Shown here: positions 53,722 through 64,000 of the stretch, piece after piece | Numbering within the stretch: position 1 is the stretch's first letter | Layout: every line of letters begins with the position of its first letter | Origin: Dudresnaya verticillata | Taxonomy: Eukaryota | Direction: 5' to 3' | NCBI GenBank assembly: GCA_977862235.1 | Contig: OZ374565.1 | Location: 2,418,001-2,482,000 of the forward strand | DNA length: 64,000 nucleotides | Made by a program: the position numbers and the translations under genes | Notes under the pieces: model-generated | The model's database searches: none | Told to the model about the DNA's origin: nothing | What the model saw: the letters and a program-made list of their open reading frames with translations, nothing else

Positions 53722-54809
53722 TTTATTTTTTTGCACCTCATTCCTTCCTCCCCGCCGCCCTCTGCGTACATTGCTGCCTTGCATACCTCTCCCACAGAAT
53801 CCCCGACCCACTGCCTCTGTACAGCGTATTCTTTTCACTCGCACTTTTCCCCTTTTCTTGTAAGTGGGAGGGAGTCTGAGAGTGTTTGCAGGTGTCTAGG
53901 GGTTGTTTAGGGTTAGGTCTAGGGTTAGTTTGGTTACTGTGGTACGCGAGGGGCATGATATTGGGAGGGTAAAGGGTCTAGTGTTGGTGCATGGAATGAA
54001 TCATGGTGGTGGAAGGAATGGATCAGTGTGGTGGATGAATTGGATTTAGGGACATAGAATTGGATTAGATTTAGTACCCAGAAGATTGGATCAAGGATCA
54101 CCACAATCGGATCAAGTCTGGTGGCTGGGGTGAGGGTGGCTTGGACGTTTGTGCTCATAACTTTGGAACGGCTGGGGCTAGGGAGCTGCTCAGTAGCTGA
54201 ATCGAAGCGTCTCGTTGCTGCGCATTGCGTAGCGCTCTTACCCTCCTAAATCGACTTTTTGGCGCGTTTCTATGGTGCAAAACGTCCCCACGGGCCGTCG
54301 GCAGCTTTTGAGCAGATCAAATAGGGGTTTGGGGCATGTATGGTTATGGGTGGGTTTAGGGGTGTTAGGGATGTGTCATTTTAACGCGTTTAGGAGTGTA
54401 GGGAGTGGGAATGAAAGTAGTAAGGATGAGGAAATGGAAAGGGAAGGATGAGAAAGTATAGTACAATGCAGTAATACAAATCACGGAATGCATCAGGTTG
54501 GGATCCAATAAGGGTGGATGGATTGGATCAACGGAAGTCAAGGCGTTATAGGATTGGATCTAGGGGCTCTGTAAATTAGATTGGGTGCTGGTTTCATTGA
54601 ACCAAGGGGTCAGAACGTCCATGAGCTGGTTGACTGTATTTATATTGAATCCTGCGTTTAGAGTAAATGGTATACGGTTATGGGTCATTACTTTAATGCT
54701 CCACGTGTACACTACAGTCGGATGGACATTGGACGCAGGAGTCTTTAGTCGATGACGGGGAGTGCAGTTGATGGCGCATTTAAATAGGGGTACGGCGGGA
54801 ACAGCAAGC

Positions 54810-54898
54810 ACATTCGGCCATACTACGCAGACATGCTCCGTATCCCATCCCGAACTGCGAAGATAAGTCTCGTCAGGCTGGTTTAGTACTGAGGTGAG
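54810..54898 (+). pseudogene. 5S rRNA 5' part, interrupted by E11+E12
   Basis: Stops at GAGGTGAG, followed by TTCAAC. Confidence 0.95.
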
Positions 54899-57800
54899 TT
54901 CAACTTTATAACAGGTGACCATATTCTAATATTTGTCGACGTACAATCTACTGTAGTATCACAACAAAGTTAAACCCCAACTCAAAACAACCTGCACATC
55001 TACACCTCCTGTTGGATCCCTTCCATCAGGCACTTGACGTTGTTCTGCACCAGTCGCGCCGCGTGCCTGTGGAACAGAGCCGCTCGCGAAACACCGCGAG
55101 TTACCATGGCCCGAGAAGCCACGGTATCCGCCAACTCTTGCATATACTTGTGCGCCTCCGGGTGCCAGCCACCTAGTGTGGTCATCGGCACCGGCACAAG
55201 CCTTGCCCCCGGTCCGGCAGCCTGGATGAAGCCACGGTAAGTCCGCACCTTGTCAGCGTGGGCGTTCTTCAGCGTCCCTTGCGGGTTTGTTATGCAGCTG
55301 AGAATGCGTTGTTCTGACGACAGTGGATGACTGATTGTGACGTCCAGGTAGTCCGTTCCTCCTTCTGTTCCAAGCGCCTTGATGTCCGGCCGATCCAAGT
55401 GAGCCCCCACAGGGCGGGGCTCCACAATCGGGGTGCGTGTCGCACGTTTCAGATCCGAAGCCAGCAGACGAACCTGAGAGTCGTGGCGCCACGACCGAGG
55501 AGATCCGCTGTTCCGCATGCCGTTCGGACAAATCAGCAGATGGTCGCCGTGAACATCCATCATCTTCTTGCACCCGGCCCGAGGACACTCCGTGTCGGGT
55601 TCCAGCAGTGGAATCCGACAGTAGAATCGAAGCCATACGCGGTAGTCCCGATCCGCAATGTACGTCTTCATGCCTGGTGCCGGCTGGCACTTGAGCCAGT
55701 CCTTGGCGCCCGGCACGCCAAGGGAAGCTCGGAAAGCTTGCGTCCGCCTGTCCCCGAGCGGCAGCTCGGCTTGCACTTTCTTCAGAACCAACCGCGTCAA
55801 GTCCCGCTGGCGCGGGCACTCGTCGCTGTCGATCTTCTCCAGGTCCAGGGCATCCTCACTATGGCACTTGGCGCTCCAGTCTTCGTGCGCTTCTACTGCA
55901 AAAGGATCGTCAGAAAGAGCAGTGTTCACAGAAGCGGGTAAGATAGAACGCAGTAAGTTGCGGGTCAGTGAAAGGGACGCCAAAAACGCGCTCGAGTTCA
56001 TGTCGCCAGCTCCCGAAATACCGATTCCGAAGCTGGGCTCTTTCGTGCGCAGGGGAAGCTGAAGTTCGCGGAAGGTGTCCCTCGGTAGGACTCCTCCCAC
56101 GAGCTTGCGCATGCAAGCCTCAATCTTCTGGTCGAAGAGCTCGGCGCCCTTTGCCGTGGCGGATGATGGAACTACTCGCAGCAGGTAGTTCAGCCGGCAG
56201 ACTCCGGCACAGTTGCGGAGTAGAGTGATGGCCACGTGTAGGTCTTCTAGTCCCGAAATTGCGTCCAGCAGGGGCTGGATGGACTCGACATGGCCATTCA
56301 CGCTCTCCTCCATGTAGTTCTGCGTTCCAATCGGAGCCTGAAGTACTGTAGTGCCTTCTCCGTAGCTCTGCCCAAGATCCGACGGGTAGGCAGCGCAGTC
56401 TTCTGGGTCGGGTGCAGTAGGCCACCAAACAGTACACTTGTCCATGCGCAGGTGGAAGCCATAGCCCTTAGCTTCCTCGGAGTCAAAGAAGGACAGAACC
56501 TTCCTGAGTACGGCGTGTTTCGCCACGATGACGCCGTCGTCCAGGTAGAACAGTGACAGCAGCAAGTTGTTCGCCCCCTCCGCTTGCTGATTGCGGCCCG
56601 AGCGCCGCAGGTCGGCGGTGAGTTCCTTCAACTGTTTGATCAGTGCCTGCAGCACCAAAGCAAACAGTAACGGCCCGAGCGGGTCACCTTGCTGTACACC
56701 AGTGACACTCCGCAGTAGAGTGTCACCCATCCACAGGTGCGGGCCCTCAGAGTCATAACAGTATCTGACCCACGGTAGTAGTTCAGGCATATGTCGGCGG
56801 ACCTCCTTCATGAATGCTTTGCGGCTGACAAGGTTGAAGGCATTCTTCAAGTCCACTTGTAGCAACCCGTAGGACTTGTCATGGCCGTGAGACTTCTGCA
56901 GCTTCCGGACCGCGTGTACAATGGCTTCTGTGCCGCCCGAGGTTGCGACCCCGAGCTGAAGCGGTTCGAGGTATGCCTTGGCCTTGGGAGCGACTCTGGT
57001 CATGAGCATAGAGCTCACGAGTCGTCGGATTGTCTCTCCTACAGCAATGGGGCGGACACCGCCGGTGCGCTTCTTCAGAGCCGTGAGAGGAGCGCTGGCA
57101 ATCCAAGGCGACAGCTCCGCAGGTCCTGCGCCGCTGGCCAGCACGTTGACCATTTTGGTGAGCCCGCCAAGCAGGCCCGTGTGCTCGTGAGTGGTCGGGA
57201 CTGAGAGCAGTTCCTGCAGATGCGTCGGTGATAGTCCTGTTCCCCCCGAGGCCGAAGCCCGGGGGAACTTGGCCACTGCTTTTCGTACTTCGTCGGCTGT
57301 GAAAGGCACGAAGTCAGGCATGGTCGGCAGCGGTTCGGACTGGTCAAGCTCGTGGTCCGCGTCGGTTTGCGGTACGGACTGCGGGTGCTTGTCCTTCATG
57401 GACTGTATCACAGAGTCTGTGGCTGGGGCGATTCCATCAGAGTCTAGAGCTGCTGCTGCCTTACTGTAGGCGCCCTCCTTTGCAAGGCGAAGGGCTCGTG
57501 AGGCATTGATACGGCGTTGCTCTTCTGCGGAAGGCGCAGTCTGCTCACGGAATGTCGAGCCCTTCAAGGCCTCCTGCCATAGGGCGTCGTAATCCTTGAG
57601 TCCCCAGCGTCGGATTCGATCGCGGAAGGTGCCGATCGAGGACGCAGAGGTTGACGCGCTGGCCCTTGCACTCGCGGCGGGAGGATTGGACAAGACGGCT
57701 GCTGGAAAAAGCAGGAATGCAGTGAGCTCTTTGGTGGCTTCCTGAGAGTTGGTTGTGTTCGTAAAAGCCCATACCGTCTTGGACAGTGCGTCGCGCACCT

Positions 57801-59550
57801 CGGCGCGGACGCGAGACGGTATATGTGTGACCATAGGGATATGCGAGCGACAGATGTCTTCGACCGCCGGCAGAAGCTGCCCTCCTGGACCCCGCGCAAC
57901 GGGTGGGGTTTGCGCAGTTGGTACCTCTCGAGTAGCAGGTACCGGTGCAGGAGGCGGCTCCTGGCTGTCCGGGATTCGTCGCGGGGCTGGCAGGATATCG
58001 TCCGCTGGCTCGCCGTCCTCGGGTTGCGTCTCCGTGACCGCGTCCAGAGCAGGAGACTGTGATGGCGCGGCTACAGTTTCTTCACGGCTCGGTGTCGTCA
58101 ATTGGTTGGACGGGACGTGGGAGAACGCCGGAGTGCGAGTAGCGGGACATGCGCTGCAATTCTTGTACCGCATACTGTACATGCCTTCACTGTTCATGCG
58201 GGAGCTACAGTGGGTGGGCATGTACTTGTTGTGAGTCACACAGTACCATACTCCATAGTCCAGGAGCTGCTGCTTGAGAGGCTCGATGTCGGTCCTCGTC
58301 GGTGGTCCTCGCCTGCCAGGAACATGCATCTTCCGCAGGTGCATGAGTAGCGCTTCTACAGTAGGCAGTGAGGACGACTGGCAGCCCAGAGGACAGCTGG
58401 TACTGTTTGTCGGGCGGTGTTTTGCCGAAGGCATAAAGCATGGAGAGAGCCATACCTTCGGCATGTCGGGGTGCTGCTGACCAATCATGGTTACAGCGCT
58501 GGGTAAGGTACCTGTAAAGGTCCTCTACAGTAGGTTCCCACGGGGCACAGGCCTCCTAACCGGGACGCAAGCCTGTCGTCCGTCGTCAGTCTGTTCGGGA
58601 CACCTCCAGAGGGTGCTACAGGTGGCCTTGCTGCGAGATGAGGGCCTCTTCGCAGCGTAGGGCGCGAGATCGCGCACTTTGCGCACGAGCTCGCGCAAAA
58701 GGGCGCGCGTGTTAGCGTTCGTGCGCGCAGAGTTATCGGACGTTCCCTTCCCTGCCGCAGCTGAGAAGACTCTCTTCACTGCGGTCCTGTAACGCGCGGT
58801 ACTTCTCGTTTGCACAAGCTCTCAATGGGGTCGCAGAACCACCGTTTACCTGTGAGTGCCCACAGGATTTTTGGCCTCCCCCGAAGGTTCGCTGGCAGGA
58901 CGTTCGCTCGATCTTAGAAGGGGTGGTTTCAAAACAGGATCCACCAGGCTTAAGCCACGTTACCCCAACTTCGACGTTGCTTGGCACGTTTCTGCGATGA
59001 GCTTGTGGGTCACGAGCCGCCTACCACTCAAGGTCGAGGGTCTTTGGCGATTCCCACACTTGTAGGTCTCTCGGCACTTCCCGAAGGAAGATTTTACAGG
59101 ACAAGCCTGGCCTTTACCAATCTGTCAGTTGAAGGGTGTGAAACCCCTCTGTCGACAGTCCACGGCAGCCTAGACAGAGTCTAGGCTGTGCCGGGTACAA
59201 GCAAAACGCGTACAGGGCCAGGGAAAGAAAGATAAGTCAGTGGGGCCCGGGCAAATTTCAAGGTGAGGGATCACCTTAAAAGTAAGCGCAAAATAGGAAA
59301 CGCGTGACCGTCGGCGACGACGGCGGCGGCGACGGCGGCGACGACGACGGCGTCGCGGCGCAGATCGGCGGCGCGGAAAGAGACAAAAGTAGACCGCGCT
59401 CGCCCGCCCGCGAAGGTGAAGGGCTGAAAAACCCCGCACCGACGCGCCGTCGCGCGCTCGAACAGGCGGCACCGCCGCCGAAAAGATCGGTGCAGAACTT
59501 GCTGAGAAATCTCCGAAACAAAAAATTCGGCAGATCGCGAGGGGTTCTCC
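54899..59550 (-). mobile_element. E11: full-length copy
   Basis: Same termini; type-B 5' end. Confidence 0.93.
55000..58488 (-). CDS. RT-RLE retrotransposon protein, 1162 aa (E11)
   Basis: Intact ORF. Confidence 0.95.
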   Translation of the reverse strand: MIGQQHPDMPKVWLSPCFMPSAKHRPTNSTSCPLGCQSSSLPTVEALLMHLRKMHVPGRRGPPTRTDIEPLKQQLLDYGVWYCVTHNKYMPTHCSSRMNSEGMYSMRYKNCSACPATRTPAFSHVPSNQLTTPSREETVAAPSQSPALDAVTETQPEDGEPADDILPAPRRIPDSQEPPPAPVPATREVPTAQTPPVARGPGGQLLPAVEDICRSHIPMVTHIPSRVRAEVRDALSKTVWAFTNTTNSQEATKELTAFLLFPAAVLSNPPAASARASASTSASSIGTFRDRIRRWGLKDYDALWQEALKGSTFREQTAPSAEEQRRINASRALRLAKEGAYSKAAAALDSDGIAPATDSVIQSMKDKHPQSVPQTDADHELDQSEPLPTMPDFVPFTADEVRKAVAKFPRASASGGTGLSPTHLQELLSVPTTHEHTGLLGGLTKMVNVLASGAGPAELSPWIASAPLTALKKRTGGVRPIAVGETIRRLVSSMLMTRVAPKAKAYLEPLQLGVATSGGTEAIVHAVRKLQKSHGHDKSYGLLQVDLKNAFNLVSRKAFMKEVRRHMPELLPWVRYCYDSEGPHLWMGDTLLRSVTGVQQGDPLGPLLFALVLQALIKQLKELTADLRRSGRNQQAEGANNLLLSLFYLDDGVIVAKHAVLRKVLSFFDSEEAKGYGFHLRMDKCTVWWPTAPDPEDCAAYPSDLGQSYGEGTTVLQAPIGTQNYMEESVNGHVESIQPLLDAISGLEDLHVAITLLRNCAGVCRLNYLLRVVPSSATAKGAELFDQKIEACMRKLVGGVLPRDTFRELQLPLRTKEPSFGIGISGAGDMNSSAFLASLSLTRNLLRSILPASVNTALSDDPFAVEAHEDWSAKCHSEDALDLEKIDSDECPRQRDLTRLVLKKVQAELPLGDRRTQAFRASLGVPGAKDWLKCQPAPGMKTYIADRDYRVWLRFYCRIPLLEPDTECPRAGCKKMMDVHGDHLLICPNGMRNSGSPRSWRHDSQVRLLASDLKRATRTPIVEPRPVGAHLDRPDIKALGTEGGTDYLDVTISHPLSSEQRILSCITNPQGTLKNAHADKVRTYRGFIQAAGPGARLVPVPMTTLGGWHPEAHKYMQELADTVASRAMVTRGVSRAALFHRHAARLVQNNVKCLMEGIQQEV

Positions 59551-59585
59551 AGTCTCAGTCTGAGGTGAGGGAGTACTCAGGTGAG

Positions 59586-62500
59586 TTCAACTTTATAACA
59601 GGTGATCATATTCTAATATTTGTCGACGTACAATCTACTGTAGTATCACAACAAAGTTAAACCCCAACTCAAACAACTTGCACATCTACACCTCCTGTTG
59701 GATCCCTTCCATCAGGCACTTGACGTTGTTCTGCACCAGTCGCGCCGCGTGCCTGTGGAACAGAGCCGCTCGCGAAACACCGCGAGTTACCATGGCCCGA
59801 GAAGCCACGGTATCCGCCAACTCTTGCATATACTTGTGCGCCTCCGGGTGCCAGCCACCTAGTGTGGTCATCGGCACCGGCACAAGCCTTGCCCCCGGTC
59901 CGGCAGCCTGGATGAAGCCACGGTAAGTCCGCACCTTGTCAGCGTGGGCGTTCTTCAGCGTCCCTTGCGGGTTTGTTATGCAGCTGAGAATGCGTTGTTC
60001 TGACGACAGTGGATGACTGATTGTGACGTCCAGGTAGTCCGTTCCTCCTTCTGTTCCAAGCGCCTTGATGTCCGGCCGATCCAGGTGAGCCCCCACAGGG
60101 CGGGGCTCCACAATCGGGGTGCGTGTCGCACGTTTCAGATCCGAAGCCAGCAGACGAACCTGAGAGTCGTGGCGCCACGACCGAGGAGATCCGCTGTTCC
60201 GCATGCCGTTCGGACAAATCAGCAGATGGTCGCCGTGAACATCCATCATCTTCTTGCACCCGGCCCGAGGACACTCCGTGTCGGGTTCCAGCAGTGGAAT
60301 CCGACAGTAGAATCGAAGCCATACGCGGTAGTCCCGATCCGCAATGTACGTCTTCATGCCTGGTGCCGGCTGGCACTTGAGCCAGTCCTTGGCGCCCGGC
60401 GCGCCAAGGGAAGCTCGGAAAGCTTGCGTCCGCCTGTCCCCGAGCGGCAGCTCGGCTTGCACTTTCTTCAGTACCAACCGCGTCAAGTCCCTCTGGCGTG
60501 GGCACTCGTCGCTGTCGATCTTCTCCAGGTCCAGAGCATCCTCACTATGGCACTTGGCGCTCCAGTCTTCGTGCGCTTCTACTGCAAAAGGATCGTCAGA
60601 AAGAGCAGTGTTCACAGAAGCGGGTAAGATAGAACGCAGTAAGTTGCGGGTCAGTGAAAGGGACGCCAGAAACGCGCTCGAGTTCATGTCGCCAGCTCCC
60701 GAAATACCGATTCCGAAGCTGGGCTCTTTCGTGCGCAGGGGAAGCTGAAGTTCGCGGAAGGTGTCCCTCGGTAGGACTCCTCCCACGAGCTTGCGCATGC
60801 AAACCTCAATCTTCTGGTCGAAGAGCTCGGCGCCCTTCGCCGTGGCGGATGATGGAACTACTCGCAGCAGGTAGTTCAGCCGGCAGACTCCGGCACAGTT
60901 GCGGAGTAGAGTGATGGCCACGTGTAGGTCTTCTAGTCCCGAAATTGCGTCCAGCAGGGGCTGGATGGACTCGACATGGCCATTCACGCTCTCCTCCATG
61001 TAGTTCTGCGTTCCAATCGGAGCCTGAAGTACTGTAGTGCCTTCTCCGTAGCTCTGCCCAAGATCCGACGGGTAGGCAGCGCAGTCTTCTGGGTCGGGTG
61101 CAGTAGGCCACCAAACAGTACACTTGTCCATGCGCAGGTGGAAGCCATAGCCCTTAGCTTCCTCGGAGTCAAAGAAGGACAGAACCTTCCTGAGTACGGC
61201 GTGTTTCGCCATGATGACGCCGTCGTCCAGGTAGAACAGTGACAGCAGCAAGTTGTTCGCCCCCTCCGCTTGCTGATTGCGGCCCGAGCGCCACAGGTCG
61301 GCGGTGAGTTCCTTCAACTGTTTGATCAGTGCCTGCAGCACCAAAGCAAACAGTAACGGCCCGAGCGGGTCACCTTGCTGTACACCAGTGACACTCCGCA
61401 GTAGAGTGTCACCCATCCACAGGTGCGGGCCCTCAGAGTCATAACAGTATGTGACCCACGGTAGTAGTTCAGGCATATGTCGGCGGACCTCCTTTATGAA
61501 TGCTTTGCGGCTGACAAGGTTGAAGGCATTCTTCAAGTCCACTTGTAGCAACCCGTAGGACTTGTCATGGCCGTGAGACTTCTGCAGCTTCCGGACCGCG
61601 TGTACAATCGCTTCTGTGCCGCCCGAGGTTGCGACCCCGAGCTGAAGCGGTTCGAGGTATGCCTTGGCCGTGGGAGCGACTCTGGTCATGAGCATAGAGC
61701 TCACGAGTCGTCGGATTGTCTCTCCTACAGCAATGGGGCGGACACCGCCGGTGCGCTTCTTCAGAGCCGTGAGAGGAGCGCTGGCAATCCAAGGCGACAG
61801 CTCCGCAGGTCCTGCGCCGCTGGCCAGCACGTTGACCATTTTGGTGAGCCCGCCAAGCAGGCCCGTGTGCTCGTGAGTGGTCGGGACTGAGAGCAGTTCC
61901 TGCAGATGCGTCGGTGATAGTCCTGTTCCCCCCGAGGCCGAAGCCCGGGGGAACTTGGCCACTGCTTTTCGTACTTCGTCGGCTGTGAAAGGCACGAAGT
62001 CAGGGATGGTCGGCAGCGGTTCGGACTGGTCAAGCTCGTGGTCCGCGTCGGTTTGCGGTACGGACTGCGGGTGCTTGTCCTTCATGGACTGTATCACCGA
62101 GTCTGTGGCTGGCGCGATTCCATCAGAGTCTAGAGCTGCTGCTGCCTTACTGTAGGCGCCCTCCTTTGCAAGGCGAAGGGCTCGTGAGGCATTGATACGG
62201 CGTTGCTCTTCTGCGGAAGGCGCAGTCTGCTCACGGAATGTCGAGCCTTTCAAGGCCTGCTGCCATAGGGCGTCGTAATCCTTGAGTCCCCAGCGTCGGA
62301 TTCGATCGCGGAAGGTGCCGATCGAGGACGCAGAGGTTGACGCGCTGGCCCTTGCACTCGCCGCGGGAGGATTGGACAAGACGGCTGCTGGAAAGAGCAG
62401 GAATGCAGTGAGCTCTTTGGTGGCTTCCTGAGAGTTGGTTGCGTTCGTAAAAGCCCATACCGTCTTGGACAGTGCGTCGCGCACCTCGGCGCGGACGCGA

Positions 62501-64000
62501 GACGGTATATGTGTGACCATAGGGATATGCGAGCGACAGATATCTTCGACCGGCGGCAGAAGCTGCCCTCCTGGACCCCGCGCAACGGGTGGGGTTTGCG
62601 CAGTTGGTACCTCTCGAGTAGCAGGTACCGGTGCAGGAGGCGGCTCCTGGCTGTCCGGGATTCGTCGCGGGGCTGGCAGGATATCGTCCGCTGGCTCGCC
62701 GTCCTCGGGTTGCGTCTCCGTGACCGCGACCAGAGCAGGAGTCTGTGATGGCGCGGCTACAGTTTCTTCACGGCTCGGTGTCGTCAATTGGTTGGACGGG
62801 ACGTGGGAGAACGCCGGAGTGCGAGTGGCGGGACATGCGCTGCAATTCTTGTACCGCATACTGTACATGCCTTCACTGTTCATGCGGGAGCTACAGTGCG
62901 TAGGCATGTACTTGTTGTGAGTCACACAGTACCATACTCCATAGTCCAGGAGCTGCTGCTTGAGAGACTCGATGTCGGTCCTCGTCGGTGGTCCTCGCCT
63001 GCCAGGAACATGCATCTTCCGCAGGTGCATGAGTAGCGCTTCTACAGTAGGCAGTGAGGACGACTGGCAGCCCAGAGGACAGCTGGTACTGTTTGTCGGG
63101 CGGTGTTTTGCCAAAGGCATAAAGCATGGAGAGAGCCATACCTTCGGCATGTCGGGGTGCTGCTGACCAATCATGGTTACAGCGCTGGGTAAGGTACCTG
63201 TAAAGGTCCTCTACAGTAGGTTCCCACGGGGCACAGACCTCCTAACCGGGACGCAAGCCTGTCGTCCGTCGTCAGTCTGTTCGGGACACCTCCAGAGGGT
63301 GCTACAGGTGGCCTTGCTGCGAGATGAAGGCCTCTTCGCAGCGTAGGGCGCGAGATCGCGCAATTTGCGCACGAGCTCGCGCAAAAGGGCGCGCGTGTTA
63401 GCGTTCGTGCGCGTAGACTTATCGGACGTTCCCTTCCCTGCCGCAGCTGAGAAGACTCTCTTCACTGCGGTCCTGTAACGCGCGGTACTTCTCGTTTGCA
63501 CAAGCTCTCAATGGGGTCGCAGAACCACCGTTTACCTGTGAGTGCCCGCAGGATTTTTGGCCTCCCCCGAAGGTTCGCTGGCAGGACGTTCGCTCGATCT
63601 TAGAAGGGGTGGTTTCAAAACAGGATCCACCAGGCTTAAGCCACGTTACCCCAACTTCGACGTTGCTTGGCACGTTTCTGCGATGAGCTTGTGGGTCACG
63701 AGCCGCCTACCACTCAAGGTCGAGGGTCTTTGGCGATTCCCACACTTGTAGGTCTCTCGGCACTTCCCGAAGGAAGATTTTACAGGACAAGCCTGGCCTT
63801 TACCAATCTGTCAGTTGAAGGGTGTGAAACCCCTCTGTCGACAGTCCACGGCAGCCTAGACAGAGTCTAGGCTGTGCCGGGTACAAGCAAAACGCGTACA
63901 GGGCCAGGGAAAGAAAGACAAGTCAGTGGGGCCCGGGCAAATTTCAAGGTGAGGGATCACCTTAAAAGTAAGCGCAAAATAGGAAACGCGTGACCGTCGG
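59586..64000 (-). mobile_element. E12: copy running off the window end (variant subfamily)
   Basis: Intact 3' end and ORF; 5' UTR cut by the window edge. Confidence 0.92.
59686..63174 (-). CDS. RT-RLE retrotransposon protein, 1162 aa (E12)
   Basis: Intact ORF. Confidence 0.95.
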   Translation of the reverse strand: MIGQQHPDMPKVWLSPCFMPLAKHRPTNSTSCPLGCQSSSLPTVEALLMHLRKMHVPGRRGPPTRTDIESLKQQLLDYGVWYCVTHNKYMPTHCSSRMNSEGMYSMRYKNCSACPATRTPAFSHVPSNQLTTPSREETVAAPSQTPALVAVTETQPEDGEPADDILPAPRRIPDSQEPPPAPVPATREVPTAQTPPVARGPGGQLLPPVEDICRSHIPMVTHIPSRVRAEVRDALSKTVWAFTNATNSQEATKELTAFLLFPAAVLSNPPAASARASASTSASSIGTFRDRIRRWGLKDYDALWQQALKGSTFREQTAPSAEEQRRINASRALRLAKEGAYSKAAAALDSDGIAPATDSVIQSMKDKHPQSVPQTDADHELDQSEPLPTIPDFVPFTADEVRKAVAKFPRASASGGTGLSPTHLQELLSVPTTHEHTGLLGGLTKMVNVLASGAGPAELSPWIASAPLTALKKRTGGVRPIAVGETIRRLVSSMLMTRVAPTAKAYLEPLQLGVATSGGTEAIVHAVRKLQKSHGHDKSYGLLQVDLKNAFNLVSRKAFIKEVRRHMPELLPWVTYCYDSEGPHLWMGDTLLRSVTGVQQGDPLGPLLFALVLQALIKQLKELTADLWRSGRNQQAEGANNLLLSLFYLDDGVIMAKHAVLRKVLSFFDSEEAKGYGFHLRMDKCTVWWPTAPDPEDCAAYPSDLGQSYGEGTTVLQAPIGTQNYMEESVNGHVESIQPLLDAISGLEDLHVAITLLRNCAGVCRLNYLLRVVPSSATAKGAELFDQKIEVCMRKLVGGVLPRDTFRELQLPLRTKEPSFGIGISGAGDMNSSAFLASLSLTRNLLRSILPASVNTALSDDPFAVEAHEDWSAKCHSEDALDLEKIDSDECPRQRDLTRLVLKKVQAELPLGDRRTQAFRASLGAPGAKDWLKCQPAPGMKTYIADRDYRVWLRFYCRIPLLEPDTECPRAGCKKMMDVHGDHLLICPNGMRNSGSPRSWRHDSQVRLLASDLKRATRTPIVEPRPVGAHLDRPDIKALGTEGGTDYLDVTISHPLSSEQRILSCITNPQGTLKNAHADKVRTYRGFIQAAGPGARLVPVPMTTLGGWHPEAHKYMQELADTVASRAMVTRGVSRAALFHRHAARLVQNNVKCLMEGIQQEV

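Larger units (their letters stand above)
53693..54898 (+). repeat. Single 5S rDNA unit between insertions
   Basis: Spacer matches the other units. Confidence 0.95.

Overview
Eukaryotic nuclear 5S rDNA tandem array heavily invaded by one site-specific non-LTR retrotransposon. The repeat unit is 1209 bp: a ~121-nt 5S rRNA gene on the + strand with an upstream TATA-like box and a T-run terminator. The 5S sequence looks red-algal, which is an inference. The window holds 8 intact 5S genes and 4 interrupted ones. Twelve copies (E1-E12) of a ~4.64-kb element all insert antisense at the same position, between 5S nt 89 and 90 (AGTACTGAGGTGAG^GGATCAC), singly or in head-to-tail stacks of up to 7. Ten copies keep an intact 1162-aa ORF (C2H2 zinc finger, CRE-clade-like RT, CCHC knuckle, restriction-like endonuclease) and two are 5'-truncated. 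The most unexpected feature is in the element's 5' UTR: a correctly spaced mimic of the 5S internal control region (Box A, GG, Box C) that includes the 14 nt centred on its own insertion site. Other notable features are structured termini without poly(A), rearranged target-derived 5' junctions, truncations that end in the full-length terminal motif, and identical junctions shared between mosaic copies.
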